DNA of 25,058 nucleotides from an uncultured Lachnospiraceae bacterium (GTDB lineage Bacteria; Bacillota; Clostridia; Lachnospirales; Lachnospiraceae), in assembly GCA_964390095.1 (NCBI GenBank), contig CAYMGZ010000004.1, positions 1 to 25,058 of the forward strand, read 5' to 3'. Under the pieces are notes generated by a model. It was not told the DNA's origin. It did not search any database and saw only the letters and a list, made by a program, of their open reading frames with translations. Below, piece after piece: positions 8,124-17,057 of this stretch; position 1 is the first letter of the stretch; every line of letters begins with the position of its first letter. Both the position numbers and the translations under genes were made by a program.

Positions 8124-9125
8124 TTATAAAAGCATCAGACGGTCAATACAGACCCCATCCCCCGAAATTTCCGATTCCCTCTCGGACAAAACCGCATTCA
8201 TATCCAGAAAAAAACTGCCGTCCAACCGGTCCGTCCGGTCGAGTACCACAAAATCAATGCTCGCAAAAAGCGGGACATTCCGGCGCAGCCAATCCAAATA
8301 CCGCTCCCTGCCATCCTCCGGCTTCTCAAGCACAAGGACAACCGCCCTGTTCTTCTCGGGGTTCTCCACCATCACTGCCTTTTTTCCGGTGAGGATCTTC
8401 GTGAGCTTTACGTAATATTCGCACGTTCCCTTGCGGCTGATCAGAGAGATGCCCGTCCTAAGAAGTTCCCTCACGGTTTCCTCCGGCAACTTCCCCGCAA
8501 GCTCCCCCCAGCCCATCCATGCCAGAAGTCTGTGCGCCTGCTTCGCGCCGCATGACTCATAGTCCAATTCTTCCTCCAGGGAGTCAATTTCTTCCTCAAG
8601 CTCCAGATAAATGCTCTCCTGCACCGCCAGAAACCGCTCCAGCTGGGCATTGCCCTGATAGATCTGCGGCAGATACCTTGTAAAGCTCTCCTTCGGAAAG
8701 CTTAGGGAATATCCTGTAAAATACCCGGCTCCTTCCTCCGGGTAGACTTTAAGGGCAAGTTTTGCGAACCGCCCTTTGCCGTGCTCCTCCCCGTACAGCG
8801 CCATCTCCCGGTAATTGGAGCGATACTGGGCGCATTCTTTTACACGCAAAAACTGCTCCTGTGCATCCTTAAGTGCGTCGATTTCATCGCCCTCTTCCTT
8901 ATCGTCAAACAGCCAGACATACACCTGCGGCACCACATTCCGGCTGGTCTTAAGCACGGCGCGCCCCCACTCCATCTGGTTTTTCCCGCTGTCATAAGTC
9001 CGGCTGACAAAAACCGCACATTGCTCCCCCTCTTTGACACACAATCTTTTATTATTCTCCTCGCGAAAGCCCGAATGTACACCACAATTTGACAACTGAC
9101 GGCTCGACAAACATTTTTCTACCAT
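8124..9125 (-). CDS. Phage tail protein I-like baseplate wedge component (P2 gpI / TIGR02242-like)
   Basis: RYLPQIYQ...LERFLAVQESIYLELEEEIDSL...LLAWMGW...VRELLRTGISLISRKGT...LTKILTG. It directly overlaps the stop of the baseplate-J-like gene. Confidence 0.75.
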   Translation of the reverse strand: MVEKCLSSRQLSNCGVHSGFREENNKRLCVKEGEQCAVFVSRTYDSGKNQMEWGRAVLKTSRNVVPQVYVWLFDDKEEGDEIDALKDAQEQFLRVKECAQYRSNYREMALYGEEHGKGRFAKLALKVYPEEGAGYFTGYSLSFPKESFTRYLPQIYQGNAQLERFLAVQESIYLELEEEIDSLEEELDYESCGAKQAHRLLAWMGWGELAGKLPEETVRELLRTGISLISRKGTCEYYVKLTKILTGKKAVMVENPEKNRAVVLVLEKPEDGRERYLDWLRRNVPLFASIDFVVLDRTDRLDGSFFLDMNAVLSERESEISGDGVCIDRLMLL

Positions 9126-10927
9126 ATTTCCTCACATTCTCCTCCACCGTTGTGGGATTCTCTGCCAATGCTTTGCGTGCCCGCAGGACAAACCACAACT
9201 TCAAGCCTGCTGCCTGCCAGACGGAACGGTTCCAGATACTTTGTAACCTCATCCCTGTACTTCCCGATACAGTATTCATCGTTTAACGGCACGGACGGGA
9301 TGACTGTCACAACCACCGCCCCCGACTTCCACTGCGCGGCCGCATCCTGCAAAAGCAGCCCCGGTGTTTCTTTCACCAGTTCCCGGACATCCTCCTTTGT
9401 CACCATCCGGTTTGCCTTAAGGACCACGCCGGCTATCCCGTCAAACTGTTCCGACGGTTTTTTAGCACTTCTCCCGCCGCTGCCCGCCAAATCATTCGTG
9501 CATGATATCCCCGGGAATAATTCTGCCTTTTCCCACTGTGTGATCCTGCCAATGGATATATTCCCTTTCTCCGCATCAAACCGGGCGAGGGAAGTAAAAC
9601 GCAGCCCGTCCGGGCACGGTTCCGGGATATCGCCATGCCTGCCGTCCCCAAGCACGATCACGTTTTTTCCCTCCTGCCAGTGCCATGCCAGGGCATATCG
9701 GCTCTCGGAAGCATCCGTTTGGAGGTACATCCGGTAGATGCCATCCTTTCCGCAAAGCATCAGCTCTGCCGTGTTCTTCATGATATTTTCCCATGGCAGG
9801 GAAATCCTTTGGGACGGTACCCCTGTCACCGGGCAGGGCAGATATTCCTCTGCCACACCGTCCGCCGTGCAGATGATTTTTATCTTCCCTTCGCGGGGAC
9901 AGGAAAAAAACCTCTCCAGCCTTTCTGCCGTAACAGGCGGGTCAATGTCACATTCCGCCGTAATATCCCTGAAACGGTTTCCCCCCTCCTCCAAAAGGAT
10001 CTGAAGGCTGCCGGTCTTCGCAAGATAGCACTTTAGCGCCGCCCTGCCGCCGCCCGGAAAGAACTCTGCGCTTTCCGCACAGCAGAGCGTGTCTTTCTGC
10101 ACGGCGCGGACGGCATTTAAATATATTTTGTAGAGAACCGGCATCGCGTCGTATGCCCCCTCCTTCACCCGGCAGCGCACCATCTGGCCATTTTGCGGGG
10201 CACAGGTTCCCCCGCCTGCAAACTTTAGGCAGAGAATGCCGCTATAGAGCAGCCCTCGCGTATCATCCCGCAATATCCGTGCTTTTCTCCAACCATCCTC
10301 CGTGTAGTATTCCCACACAAGCTTGGCCATGTAAAAGCCCTCCCCCGCAGGGTTGCGCTTCCCGCGCTCATCCAGCAGTATGAAGAAACGCAGCTCCTCC
10401 CCTGCCTGTACGGCGTATTTCAGCGCAAAAGAAAAAAGTACCCTTTCCGCATCTTCCCGCAGGACAAAGCGGCTTTTGCGGTACAGCCTCATCACCGCGA
10501 CCCGGTTCCTGCCTTCCTCCTGATAAAACCCGGTGAGGGAATTTGGCGACAGCCCCACTTCCTCCTCCGTCTCAAATACCATCTCCTGTGCGAGAAGCTT
10601 GCTTCCCTGTGGGATGACGCACTTCCTGTCCACGTCGCCGAAAAATACCCAGACGGCGGCACATTCCCCCGCATCCGCATCCATTCCGAGAAGCTTTAAA
10701 TATTTGCGGTAATGGGATTCCTGGATCTGATCCATATAATAGCTCTGCATATCCGCGAGCATTGCCCACATTTCAATCAGTGTGATCCCCGGGTCACAGA
10801 CCTCCTGGTGCGTCCACCATGGAGCCTGTTCTTTGAGCCGACCAACCGCCCTCTCATAAATTCCCTCAAAACTACTGTCATCTATTGACTCATCCAATGA
10901 CCCATCCAATGATATTTGCTCCGGCAT
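9119..10927 (-). CDS. Baseplate J-like / putative baseplate assembly protein (Afp11-like)
   Basis: N-terminal IDDSSFEGIYERAVGRLKEQAPWWTHQEVCDPGITLIEMWA...YMDQI...YLKLLG; LVWEYY; C-terminal GSGG...NRMVTKEDVRELV...VTKYLEPFRLAGSRLEVV. Confidence 0.82.
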   Translation of the reverse strand: MPEQISLDGSLDESIDDSSFEGIYERAVGRLKEQAPWWTHQEVCDPGITLIEMWAMLADMQSYYMDQIQESHYRKYLKLLGMDADAGECAAVWVFFGDVDRKCVIPQGSKLLAQEMVFETEEEVGLSPNSLTGFYQEEGRNRVAVMRLYRKSRFVLREDAERVLFSFALKYAVQAGEELRFFILLDERGKRNPAGEGFYMAKLVWEYYTEDGWRKARILRDDTRGLLYSGILCLKFAGGGTCAPQNGQMVRCRVKEGAYDAMPVLYKIYLNAVRAVQKDTLCCAESAEFFPGGGRAALKCYLAKTGSLQILLEEGGNRFRDITAECDIDPPVTAERLERFFSCPREGKIKIICTADGVAEEYLPCPVTGVPSQRISLPWENIMKNTAELMLCGKDGIYRMYLQTDASESRYALAWHWQEGKNVIVLGDGRHGDIPEPCPDGLRFTSLARFDAEKGNISIGRITQWEKAELFPGISCTNDLAGSGGRSAKKPSEQFDGIAGVVLKANRMVTKEDVRELVKETPGLLLQDAAAQWKSGAVVVTVIPSVPLNDEYCIGKYRDEVTKYLEPFRLAGSRLEVVVCPAGTQSIGRESHNGGGECEEIW

Positions 10928-10948
10928 TCTGTTCCACCACACTCCCTT

Positions 10949-13000
10949 TTATATTTCTGCCAAGCTGCACTTTACGCGGACTCCCTCAAACCATAAGCCT
11001 CCCGCCTCACAGAGGATGCCCGCAATCCATTCCTCAAGCTCGGGAAGGATCGATCCCGCCCCGCCGCCGTCTCTCACTGTCACAAAAAATTCGGTTCCGT
11101 CCTCCGAGAAAGAGCAGGAAACCAAACGGATTTGCGGATATTTTTCCGTCATATAAAACGTAAGATCCATCTGTGTGACGACCCGGCCACAGTGCGAAAA
11201 ATAATTCCCGCTAACGGTTTTCCCCCCCATGTCAGGCAGCGCGCTTTCTTCACCGGCCATTTGATCTCCCATGCCGTATTGTTCCACCCATGCACCATCG
11301 CATCGGTCAGGGCGCGATACTGCCTCCAGCACGCCAAATTCCTTTGTCTCGGCAAAAAACCTGCTTCCCGCCGCTATCTTTTCCGGGGTCTGGTTTTCTT
11401 CCTCATTCTCCCCGTCGCCCTCCACAGGAATCCGCTGTACCTTAACATAATTCGGGCAAAGTTCTGTTATTCTTCCTGCCCCGTCCTCCGAAAGCTCCAC
11501 CCAGAAAGCTTTTCTGCCGAAACGGGTGTCCCATCCAAGGATTTGCTCCTGCCGGAAAAAAAACTCCCCTTCCCCGGTATACCAGCATTGCCCTGTGGTA
11601 ACCTCCCGGTCAAAACCAAGATACATTTTCCGCTCCCCCGCCCATCCTCTTTCGGGAAGAATGCATTGATCCGCATAAAGCCTGCGCCCCTCCACAAAAA
11701 ACCGTATTTCTTCCAACACCGGGATGTATTTGCGGTGGTAAACGGCATAGGGGTTTTTCACCCGGACCAGGCGCAGGCGGATAAAATAATGTTCCTCCCC
11801 TTCCACAAGGCAGCTTTCCATGTCCGCCGGCTTTTCAAAACGGTATTCCTTCTCCCCTTCCCCCTGCAAATGGCAGCCCGTCTGCCAGGCTTCACTGCCC
11901 GGCAGGGGACACCAGAAATTTCCGTTAAAATATTCCCACACAGATTCCTGCGGCAGCCAATCCAAAATCTCCTCCTCCCGCCGCAGCCAGGGGTACTTCT
12001 TATATATTTTTTCATCCCCGGCAGGCACTGGGGGCGGAAGTGTTTCCTCCTTCTCATAGCGCTCCCAAAAACGCATTGTAACCTGTCCGCTCCTGCCTGC
12101 CACTGCCCTGTCACAAGCGAGATAACAGCAGGCTGCCTCCGTGAGCATGTGCCCGAAGGGCAGTACCCGGTCCGCTTTGCAGCACCCGTCCTCCGTCAGG
12201 CACGGCTTCGGGGAAAAAGTCTCTTCTTTTTCCTCCAAGGCAAACCCGCCGTACAGCGCCGCAAGCCATTCTTCCCCCGGCTCACCGTCCGTCTCAAGGC
12301 ACAGTTCATAGTCGGAAGAATCAAATTTTCCCAAAAATTCCCTGCTCTCCCCACACAGGGATATCCCTGCCTTATCCTGCAGACATTGAACGGGGATGAC
12401 GCTCTGCCCACTGCGGATGCTCCACTCTCCCCCAAGCTGTGGCAATGTCCCCGGCGCTTCTTTAAATTTTACAAAGAAGGAGAACTGCCCCCGCCCGTCG
12501 CACAGACCCGAAAAACTCCACCGAAACTTTGGGCGTGCAAGCTCTTTTCCTTCCGGCACAAACAATATGGCCGGATTCCCCTCTTCCCCCCCGTATGTCA
12601 GCCAGGCATAAAAACCATCGCGGTAAACCGCACAGCTTAAGTTTGCCGCCGTAAGCAGGACCGGTGAAACTGTCCGGAAGCGGATCAGGTCCCCTTCCCC
12701 CGGCACAGTATAAAAAACAGTGCCCGCCGAAAGCCACGCACCGTCGCTTTTTTCGTTTGCCTTCACGGTGAGCGCCGTCTTTAAGTGCGCCGCTTCCCGG
12801 CCGGCTTTCGGCACGGCACCCAAAAACTTCCGCTTATGCTTTTCCCATATTTTCGCGAACCGCTTTTTGTTCTCCCTCTCCATATCGAGGAAGATATCGG
12901 TCAGCACACTTCCCGCTTCCGCACTGCCCGGTCGGTACTGCCAGCCGGTCCGGTAAGCAAGCGCCAGCTTTTTTACCCTTGTTTCCCATTTTTCGTCCAT
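10949..13000 (-). CDS. Second, divergent baseplate J-like protein (Afp11/Afp12-type)
   Basis: N-terminal LALAYRTGW...EAGSVLTDIF...IWEKHKRKFLGAV parallels the baseplate-J N-terminus; also VWEYFNGNFW, YFIRLRLV and a degenerate C-terminal RVVTQMDL. Lies between gp25 and the other J-like gene. Start could be 13036. Confidence 0.65.
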   Translation of the reverse strand: MDEKWETRVKKLALAYRTGWQYRPGSAEAGSVLTDIFLDMERENKKRFAKIWEKHKRKFLGAVPKAGREAAHLKTALTVKANEKSDGAWLSAGTVFYTVPGEGDLIRFRTVSPVLLTAANLSCAVYRDGFYAWLTYGGEEGNPAILFVPEGKELARPKFRWSFSGLCDGRGQFSFFVKFKEAPGTLPQLGGEWSIRSGQSVIPVQCLQDKAGISLCGESREFLGKFDSSDYELCLETDGEPGEEWLAALYGGFALEEKEETFSPKPCLTEDGCCKADRVLPFGHMLTEAACCYLACDRAVAGRSGQVTMRFWERYEKEETLPPPVPAGDEKIYKKYPWLRREEEILDWLPQESVWEYFNGNFWCPLPGSEAWQTGCHLQGEGEKEYRFEKPADMESCLVEGEEHYFIRLRLVRVKNPYAVYHRKYIPVLEEIRFFVEGRRLYADQCILPERGWAGERKMYLGFDREVTTGQCWYTGEGEFFFRQEQILGWDTRFGRKAFWVELSEDGAGRITELCPNYVKVQRIPVEGDGENEEENQTPEKIAAGSRFFAETKEFGVLEAVSRPDRCDGAWVEQYGMGDQMAGEESALPDMGGKTVSGNYFSHCGRVVTQMDLTFYMTEKYPQIRLVSCSFSEDGTEFFVTVRDGGGAGSILPELEEWIAGILCEAGGLWFEGVRVKCSLAEI

Positions 13001-13042
13001 AAAGCCCTTCCCCGCAGCTTTCTTTTTCCTGCGCACGGGAAG

Positions 13043-13408
13043 CTACCGCGTAATTTCCACGCGCTCCTTCTCCCCAAGCCCCGCAATGCGGTAGGTAACC
13101 GCAATGCCAAGTTCCCCCTGCTTCCTCTGTTTTGTATCGACCTCAACCTCAATATCCCATATACGTTTTTCCCACATGGACAGGGAATGCCGCACCTCCC
13201 GCCGGATCATCTCCTCCGTCTGGCCGTCCATATTCTCAAACAGGAACTGGTGAAGCCTTGTGCCAAATTTGGGATGCAGAATCCTCTCGCCAGGTTCCGT
13301 GCGCAAAATAATCTCCACGGACTGGCGGATATTTTCCCGGGATTCACTGACCTGTACCTGCCCATGCTGCCCTGATATCCCAAACGGGAACTTCAGCCCT
13401 CTTTCCAT
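13043..13408 (-). CDS. GPW/gp25 family baseplate wedge protein (Afp9-like)
   Basis: GLKFPF...ENIRQSVEIILRTEPGERILHPKFGTRLHQFLFE...LSMWEKRI. Confidence 0.9.
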   Translation of the reverse strand: MERGLKFPFGISGQHGQVQVSESRENIRQSVEIILRTEPGERILHPKFGTRLHQFLFENMDGQTEEMIRREVRHSLSMWEKRIWDIEVEVDTKQRKQGELGIAVTYRIAGLGEKERVEITR

Positions 13409-13418
13409 CGTTTCCTCC

Positions 13419-14216
13419 TCAATTTAGCTGTATCATCGCACCTGACAGCTTTAACTGCCCGCCGCTCTTGATTTTGACGGAACCTTTGCCCGAAACGGAC
13501 AGCCCGGTTGTCCCGCTTAAGGATAGCTCCTGCCCTTCCACTTGCACTTTGGCGCTGCCCGCGATTTTTACGTTTTTTGCTTTTACCGTCAACTGTTCAC
13601 AGGTCAGCACCATGCTGCCGTCTTTTTTCAGTTCCAGAGTGCTGCTGCCGCATTTCAGGCAGATGGATTCCTCCGCGTTAAGCTGTATCTTGCCGTCTTT
13701 ATGCCCAACGGACACCTGATTTTTCTCTTCCCTGTCCCCGAACGCGATTTTCTCCGCCTCCTCATCCAGTGCCCAGGACATCTTTTGCGAACCGGAAATC
13801 TCAACGCGGTCCTTCCCCTTCTCCCCCATGAAAGCAAGCTTGCTTCCATTCTTCATCTTCCAGGCTTTTGTAAGGTTGTCCTTGTCCGCGCTCTCCCCCA
13901 CAAACTGCCCGTCCTCCGGGAAGCGGCAGCCCGTTACGGCCGGATGCCGCAGGTCCCCGCAAAAAAATGTCAGGCGCACGATGTCGCCCTCCTCGGGCAG
14001 GATATACGTGCCGTGGTCCCCTCCGCCGTAATTTGTTAATACCGGAACATTTTCAAACGTGTCCATCCCGTCCTTCATCGTTTTTATCTTTACGCGGACA
14101 CTGCCTTTTTTCGTGCCCTCCGACGGTGCCAATACCACGCCCCAGAGGTCGTAGGTCGGCCTTAACCCGCCCGCGCCCTGCCGGTTTGCACCGTTTCCCA
14201 TATAATCCGAAATCAT
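13419..14216 (-). CDS. Spike protein, gpV/gp5 OB-fold + beta-helix (C-terminal half of a split VgrG)
   Basis: GSVRVKI...VPVLTNYGGGDHGTYILPEEGDIVRLTFFCGDLRHPAVTG OB-fold; beta-helix repeats end in IKSGGQLKLSGAMIQLN. RBS GGTGAGGT precedes ATG 14216. Confidence 0.85.
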   Translation of the reverse strand: MISDYMGNGANRQGAGGLRPTYDLWGVVLAPSEGTKKGSVRVKIKTMKDGMDTFENVPVLTNYGGGDHGTYILPEEGDIVRLTFFCGDLRHPAVTGCRFPEDGQFVGESADKDNLTKAWKMKNGSKLAFMGEKGKDRVEISGSQKMSWALDEEAEKIAFGDREEKNQVSVGHKDGKIQLNAEESICLKCGSSTLELKKDGSMVLTCEQLTVKAKNVKIAGSAKVQVEGQELSLSGTTGLSVSGKGSVKIKSGGQLKLSGAMIQLN

Positions 14217-14309
14217 ATCCACCTCACCGCCATTAAAGAAACCGCGCAATCCGGCTTCCTCCACAATATTCTGCCGGAAAGCATGCCCGGGGCATTACCG
14301 TTTCCCGCG

Positions 14310-15392
14310 TCAGCACCAAAACCCACGCACGAGTGTCTCATAGCCGTTCCCGGATATCCGGTGTTCCGCCTCCTCCACATAGATGCTCCCGCACAGGCTC
14401 TTTGACGCATCATCTTCCACTTTTACACGGATGCCTGGCATAAGCTGCGGAATGCCAAGATTTTTCAGTTCCATGCGCAGACATTGCCGCGCGGCACGCG
14501 CCATCCGTTTTTTTGCGATAAGCTCCGCCTGCCCGCCCGTCTCAAGCCCCATATCAAAGTAAGAAAGGGAAAATCCCTTTAAGTTTTGTTTCAGCTTCTG
14601 CACGAAAGGCCCGGAAACTCCCTGCCATGCCTCACCCACACAAAGCTTTTCATCCGCCCGGTTATGCGAGCCCACCTTTACACTTCCCGTCTGCCCACTC
14701 ATGGAGGCGACAAGCCTGATCTCCCGCAGCCCGTACTCCCCGGACAGTTCCACGGTTTCGCCGCCCGTGGCCCCTGCCCTGCCAAATACAAGCTCGCCCC
14801 TGCCGCAGAAAAATTCAAAATCCAGATATTCCGCCAATCCGCAGAGCCAGTCATAGTCCGTCTCCCCCCCTATCACACAGTCCGTATTTAAGTCCGCAGG
14901 AATGGGGGTGACGGTCTTTTTTTCCACAAGCGAGGCATAAATACCTGCCCCCAGGATATCATCCAGCACCTGTTGTGCCTTTTTTACGCCGGAGACCACA
15001 AAACTATTATTCTTTTTCATCAGCCCCTTGGCATCAAGGCAGAGCAAGGTATATTCGAGACTGCCTTCCCCCGGATCTGACACATCGATCTCATGCAGGT
15101 ACCCAAGAAATATCCGGATTGCCTCGCTGCCATATCCCGCGCGCACCTCCATCTTCTGTCCCAGTTCCAGAAATCCCTCCAACTTTTTTATGCTTTCCGG
15201 GAATGCCCTGTTCACAAGATAGCAAATCACTGCCATATCCGGTTCTTTCTTCACGCTGGAAATCACCCTGGCACTGTCAAGGTAGGCTTCCTCGCCAAGT
15301 GCCAGTTCCCTGCCCCCGGCAAACACTTTTAAAACAGGGTCCTGGAAATTTTTATATTTTTCTGCCAGTGCCTTCCCGCTCATTGTCCGCAC
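14310..15392 (-). CDS. Phage late control D / gp27-like baseplate hub (N-terminal half of a split VgrG)
   Basis: ELGQKMEVRAGYG...IFLGYLHEI...GETDYDWLCGLAEYLDFEFFCGRGELVFGR...GIPQLMPGIRVKV...YVEEAEHRIS.GYET. GTG start follows AAGGAG. Confidence 0.82.
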   Translation of the reverse strand: MRTMSGKALAEKYKNFQDPVLKVFAGGRELALGEEAYLDSARVISSVKKEPDMAVICYLVNRAFPESIKKLEGFLELGQKMEVRAGYGSEAIRIFLGYLHEIDVSDPGEGSLEYTLLCLDAKGLMKKNNSFVVSGVKKAQQVLDDILGAGIYASLVEKKTVTPIPADLNTDCVIGGETDYDWLCGLAEYLDFEFFCGRGELVFGRAGATGGETVELSGEYGLREIRLVASMSGQTGSVKVGSHNRADEKLCVGEAWQGVSGPFVQKLKQNLKGFSLSYFDMGLETGGQAELIAKKRMARAARQCLRMELKNLGIPQLMPGIRVKVEDDASKSLCGSIYVEEAEHRISGNGYETLVRGFWC

Positions 15393-15413
15393 CGCCCGCT
15401 CCTTTCCGCCATC

Positions 15414-16049
15414 CTACAACCGTGGATTTCCCCGCCCCCATAACTGCCGCCACATCGCAGGATCTGAGGGCAATGCCATATCGCCTGTCCCAAGCCCTGC
15501 AATCTCCCCTGCGGCGGCAGTTTTTGGCATCCCGCCGCGCGCTTCCCCGACATAATCCCCGGTAATGGCGATCTGTGCCTGTGCCCTGACCGGCTTTCCG
15601 TCGGGCGCGAACATCGTATACTGGACGGAAAGCTTCGTCAGCACTCCCGCCACCGCGATGGAACCCCAAAAGAAATAGATTTGTTTGAGCCTGCCCTGGC
15701 TTTCCGCTGTTTGGTTGGTGTAGGGGTAGAGTTTGCGGATGTAATCTCTGACATCCTCATAAGAATCCTGATAGAGATCATTTAGGGTATTAAAAAAGAG
15801 TGTGGCGGAGAGGGTCAGATGTTTTCCCTGCCCACGCGGCATCGTCAGTTCTGCAGGATACTGCCATCCGATCTCCCCCGCAAAAAGCAGCTTCCCGAAC
15901 CGTTTTATGCCATCCTCCCGCCCCTCCTGCGCGCCAACCGCCTCCTCGATGGAGAGCTCCGCCGGGTTAAACTGCACATAAAAACGTGTTCCCAGATTCG
16001 GGCGCTCATCCTCGTAAGAACAAATATATGCCTTTAAATACTGCGCCAA
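15414..16049 (-). CDS. CIS tube initiator (Afp7/Pvc7-like, CIS_tube domain)
   Basis: FYVQFNPAELSIE...LTLSATLFFNT...DVRDYIRKL...YFFWGSIAVAGVLTKLSVQYTMFAPDGKPVRAQAQI. TTG start at 16049 follows GGAGGG. Confidence 0.82.
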   Translation of the reverse strand: MAQYLKAYICSYEDERPNLGTRFYVQFNPAELSIEEAVGAQEGREDGIKRFGKLLFAGEIGWQYPAELTMPRGQGKHLTLSATLFFNTLNDLYQDSYEDVRDYIRKLYPYTNQTAESQGRLKQIYFFWGSIAVAGVLTKLSVQYTMFAPDGKPVRAQAQIAITGDYVGEARGGMPKTAAAGEIAGLGTGDMALPSDPAMWRQLWGRGNPRL

Positions 16050-16051
16050 AC

Positions 16052-16417
16052 CTATCCCTCCCCCTTGCGCACCCATTCATGGCGGATGCGTTCCTCAAAC
16101 TGTCCGTAAACCCTTCCCGCCACCCCCCGCGCCAGGGTATCTTCCAGATTTCCCATCCCGAAAATACTTTCCGCCTGTTTTGCGGCGAGCGAAGGGCGGG
16201 ATCTATAATATTCCCGCTCCTCCTTAAGCTGTTTTTTTACTGCTTCCTTTACAAAAGGGAGCAGCATCTCTTTTAATTTCTCCCGCTCCCTGTTCCAATC
16301 CGTTTTTTCACGCTCCGCCCCCTGCCGGCATCCGGCCGCCGCATACGCTTTACATACCCCTTCCGCGGCGACGGATACCCGGTAGACCTGCGTCTTGATC
16401 ATGCCGCTTACTTTCAT
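16052..16417 (-). CDS. Hypothetical CIS protein (121 aa, helical, at the Afp6/tape-measure-like position)
   Basis: Fills the gap between tube 2 and the Afp7-like gene; GCGGGG RBS precedes ATG 16417. Charged helical C-terminus LARGVAGRVYGQFEERIRHEWVRKG. Confidence 0.65.
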   Translation of the reverse strand: MKVSGMIKTQVYRVSVAAEGVCKAYAAAGCRQGAEREKTDWNREREKLKEMLLPFVKEAVKKQLKEEREYYRSRPSLAAKQAESIFGMGNLEDTLARGVAGRVYGQFEERIRHEWVRKGEG

Positions 16418-16433
16418 ATTGATCCCCGCATGT

Positions 16434-16865
16434 TCAGGTGATGACCTGAAAATCTTCATAGCTGACCTCAAACCGGTCGATCAGAAGGCCGTTCTGCTCG
16501 GCGCTAAGCTCCCCGATCTCCCATTTTTTGATCAGCAGGCCGGTGAACAGATAATTTTTCAGCGGCAGCCCACGCCCGTCCATCACGATCAGATCCAGCG
16601 CCCCAAAAATCCTTCCCCCGACCATGCAGAACGGATGCTCCACTCCCCCGCAGACACCTTTTTCCATCTTAAGGATATGCTCGCCGCCGCAATATTTCGG
16701 AAAAACATGGACCATCGTGTTCAGTCCCCCCTCATGGTAGGTTTCCGTCTCAATCTCACGGCCGACCCCTGTGATCTTCTGGAAACCAAAGAGCAGTCCT
16801 CCCACCGTCACAACAAAGCGGTAGCCGGGAATAATTTCTGTAAAGGGCAATGACATCTGTCCCAT
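16434..16865 (-). CDS. Second tail tube protein (T4 gp19-like; Afp5-type initiator tube)
   Basis: YRFVVTV...GFQKITGVGREIETETYHEGGLNTMVHVFP...LKMEKGV...PLKNYLF...KKWEIGELSA...LLIDRFEVSYE. Confidence 0.85.
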   Translation of the reverse strand: MGQMSLPFTEIIPGYRFVVTVGGLLFGFQKITGVGREIETETYHEGGLNTMVHVFPKYCGGEHILKMEKGVCGGVEHPFCMVGGRIFGALDLIVMDGRGLPLKNYLFTGLLIKKWEIGELSAEQNGLLIDRFEVSYEDFQVIT

Positions 16866-16877
16866 GATATTCTCCTT

Positions 16878-17057
16878 TCACGAAATCCTAAAAAGATTAT
16901 TTTCCCCGTTGATCTTGCGGTTAATCCGGTTGATCTCCTCGCAATATCTGCGCCTGTCCAGATGCGGCAGGCGCAGGATCTCATCCGGCGGCCAATGAAA
17001 ATAATATCCGATGAAAGAAATTTCCTGCAACAGTTCCTCCCGGCTGTTCACCGTCAT
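16878..17057 (-). CDS. DUF6760-like small tail-chaperone partner (T part of a G/GT pair)
   Basis: ELLQEISFIGYYFHWPPDEILRLPHLDRRRYCEEINRINR matches the YxFHWxxxEILxLxHxxRRxW chaperone motif. ATGA overlap with the upstream gene's stop. Confidence 0.78.
   Translation of the reverse strand: MTVNSREELLQEISFIGYYFHWPPDEILRLPHLDRRRYCEEINRINRKINGENNLFRIS

Noticed and set aside
8113-8129. TTATAAAA-T-TTTTATAA inverted repeat as a terminator or operator
   Set aside because: An all-AT stem is too weak for a terminator and is expected by chance in an AT-rich gap.
11132-12640. 502-aa plus-strand ORF
   Set aside because: Antisense shadow of the baseplate gene with no recognisable motifs. The same reasoning applies to 17422-18324, 22710-23354 and the many short plus-strand ORFs over the CIS.
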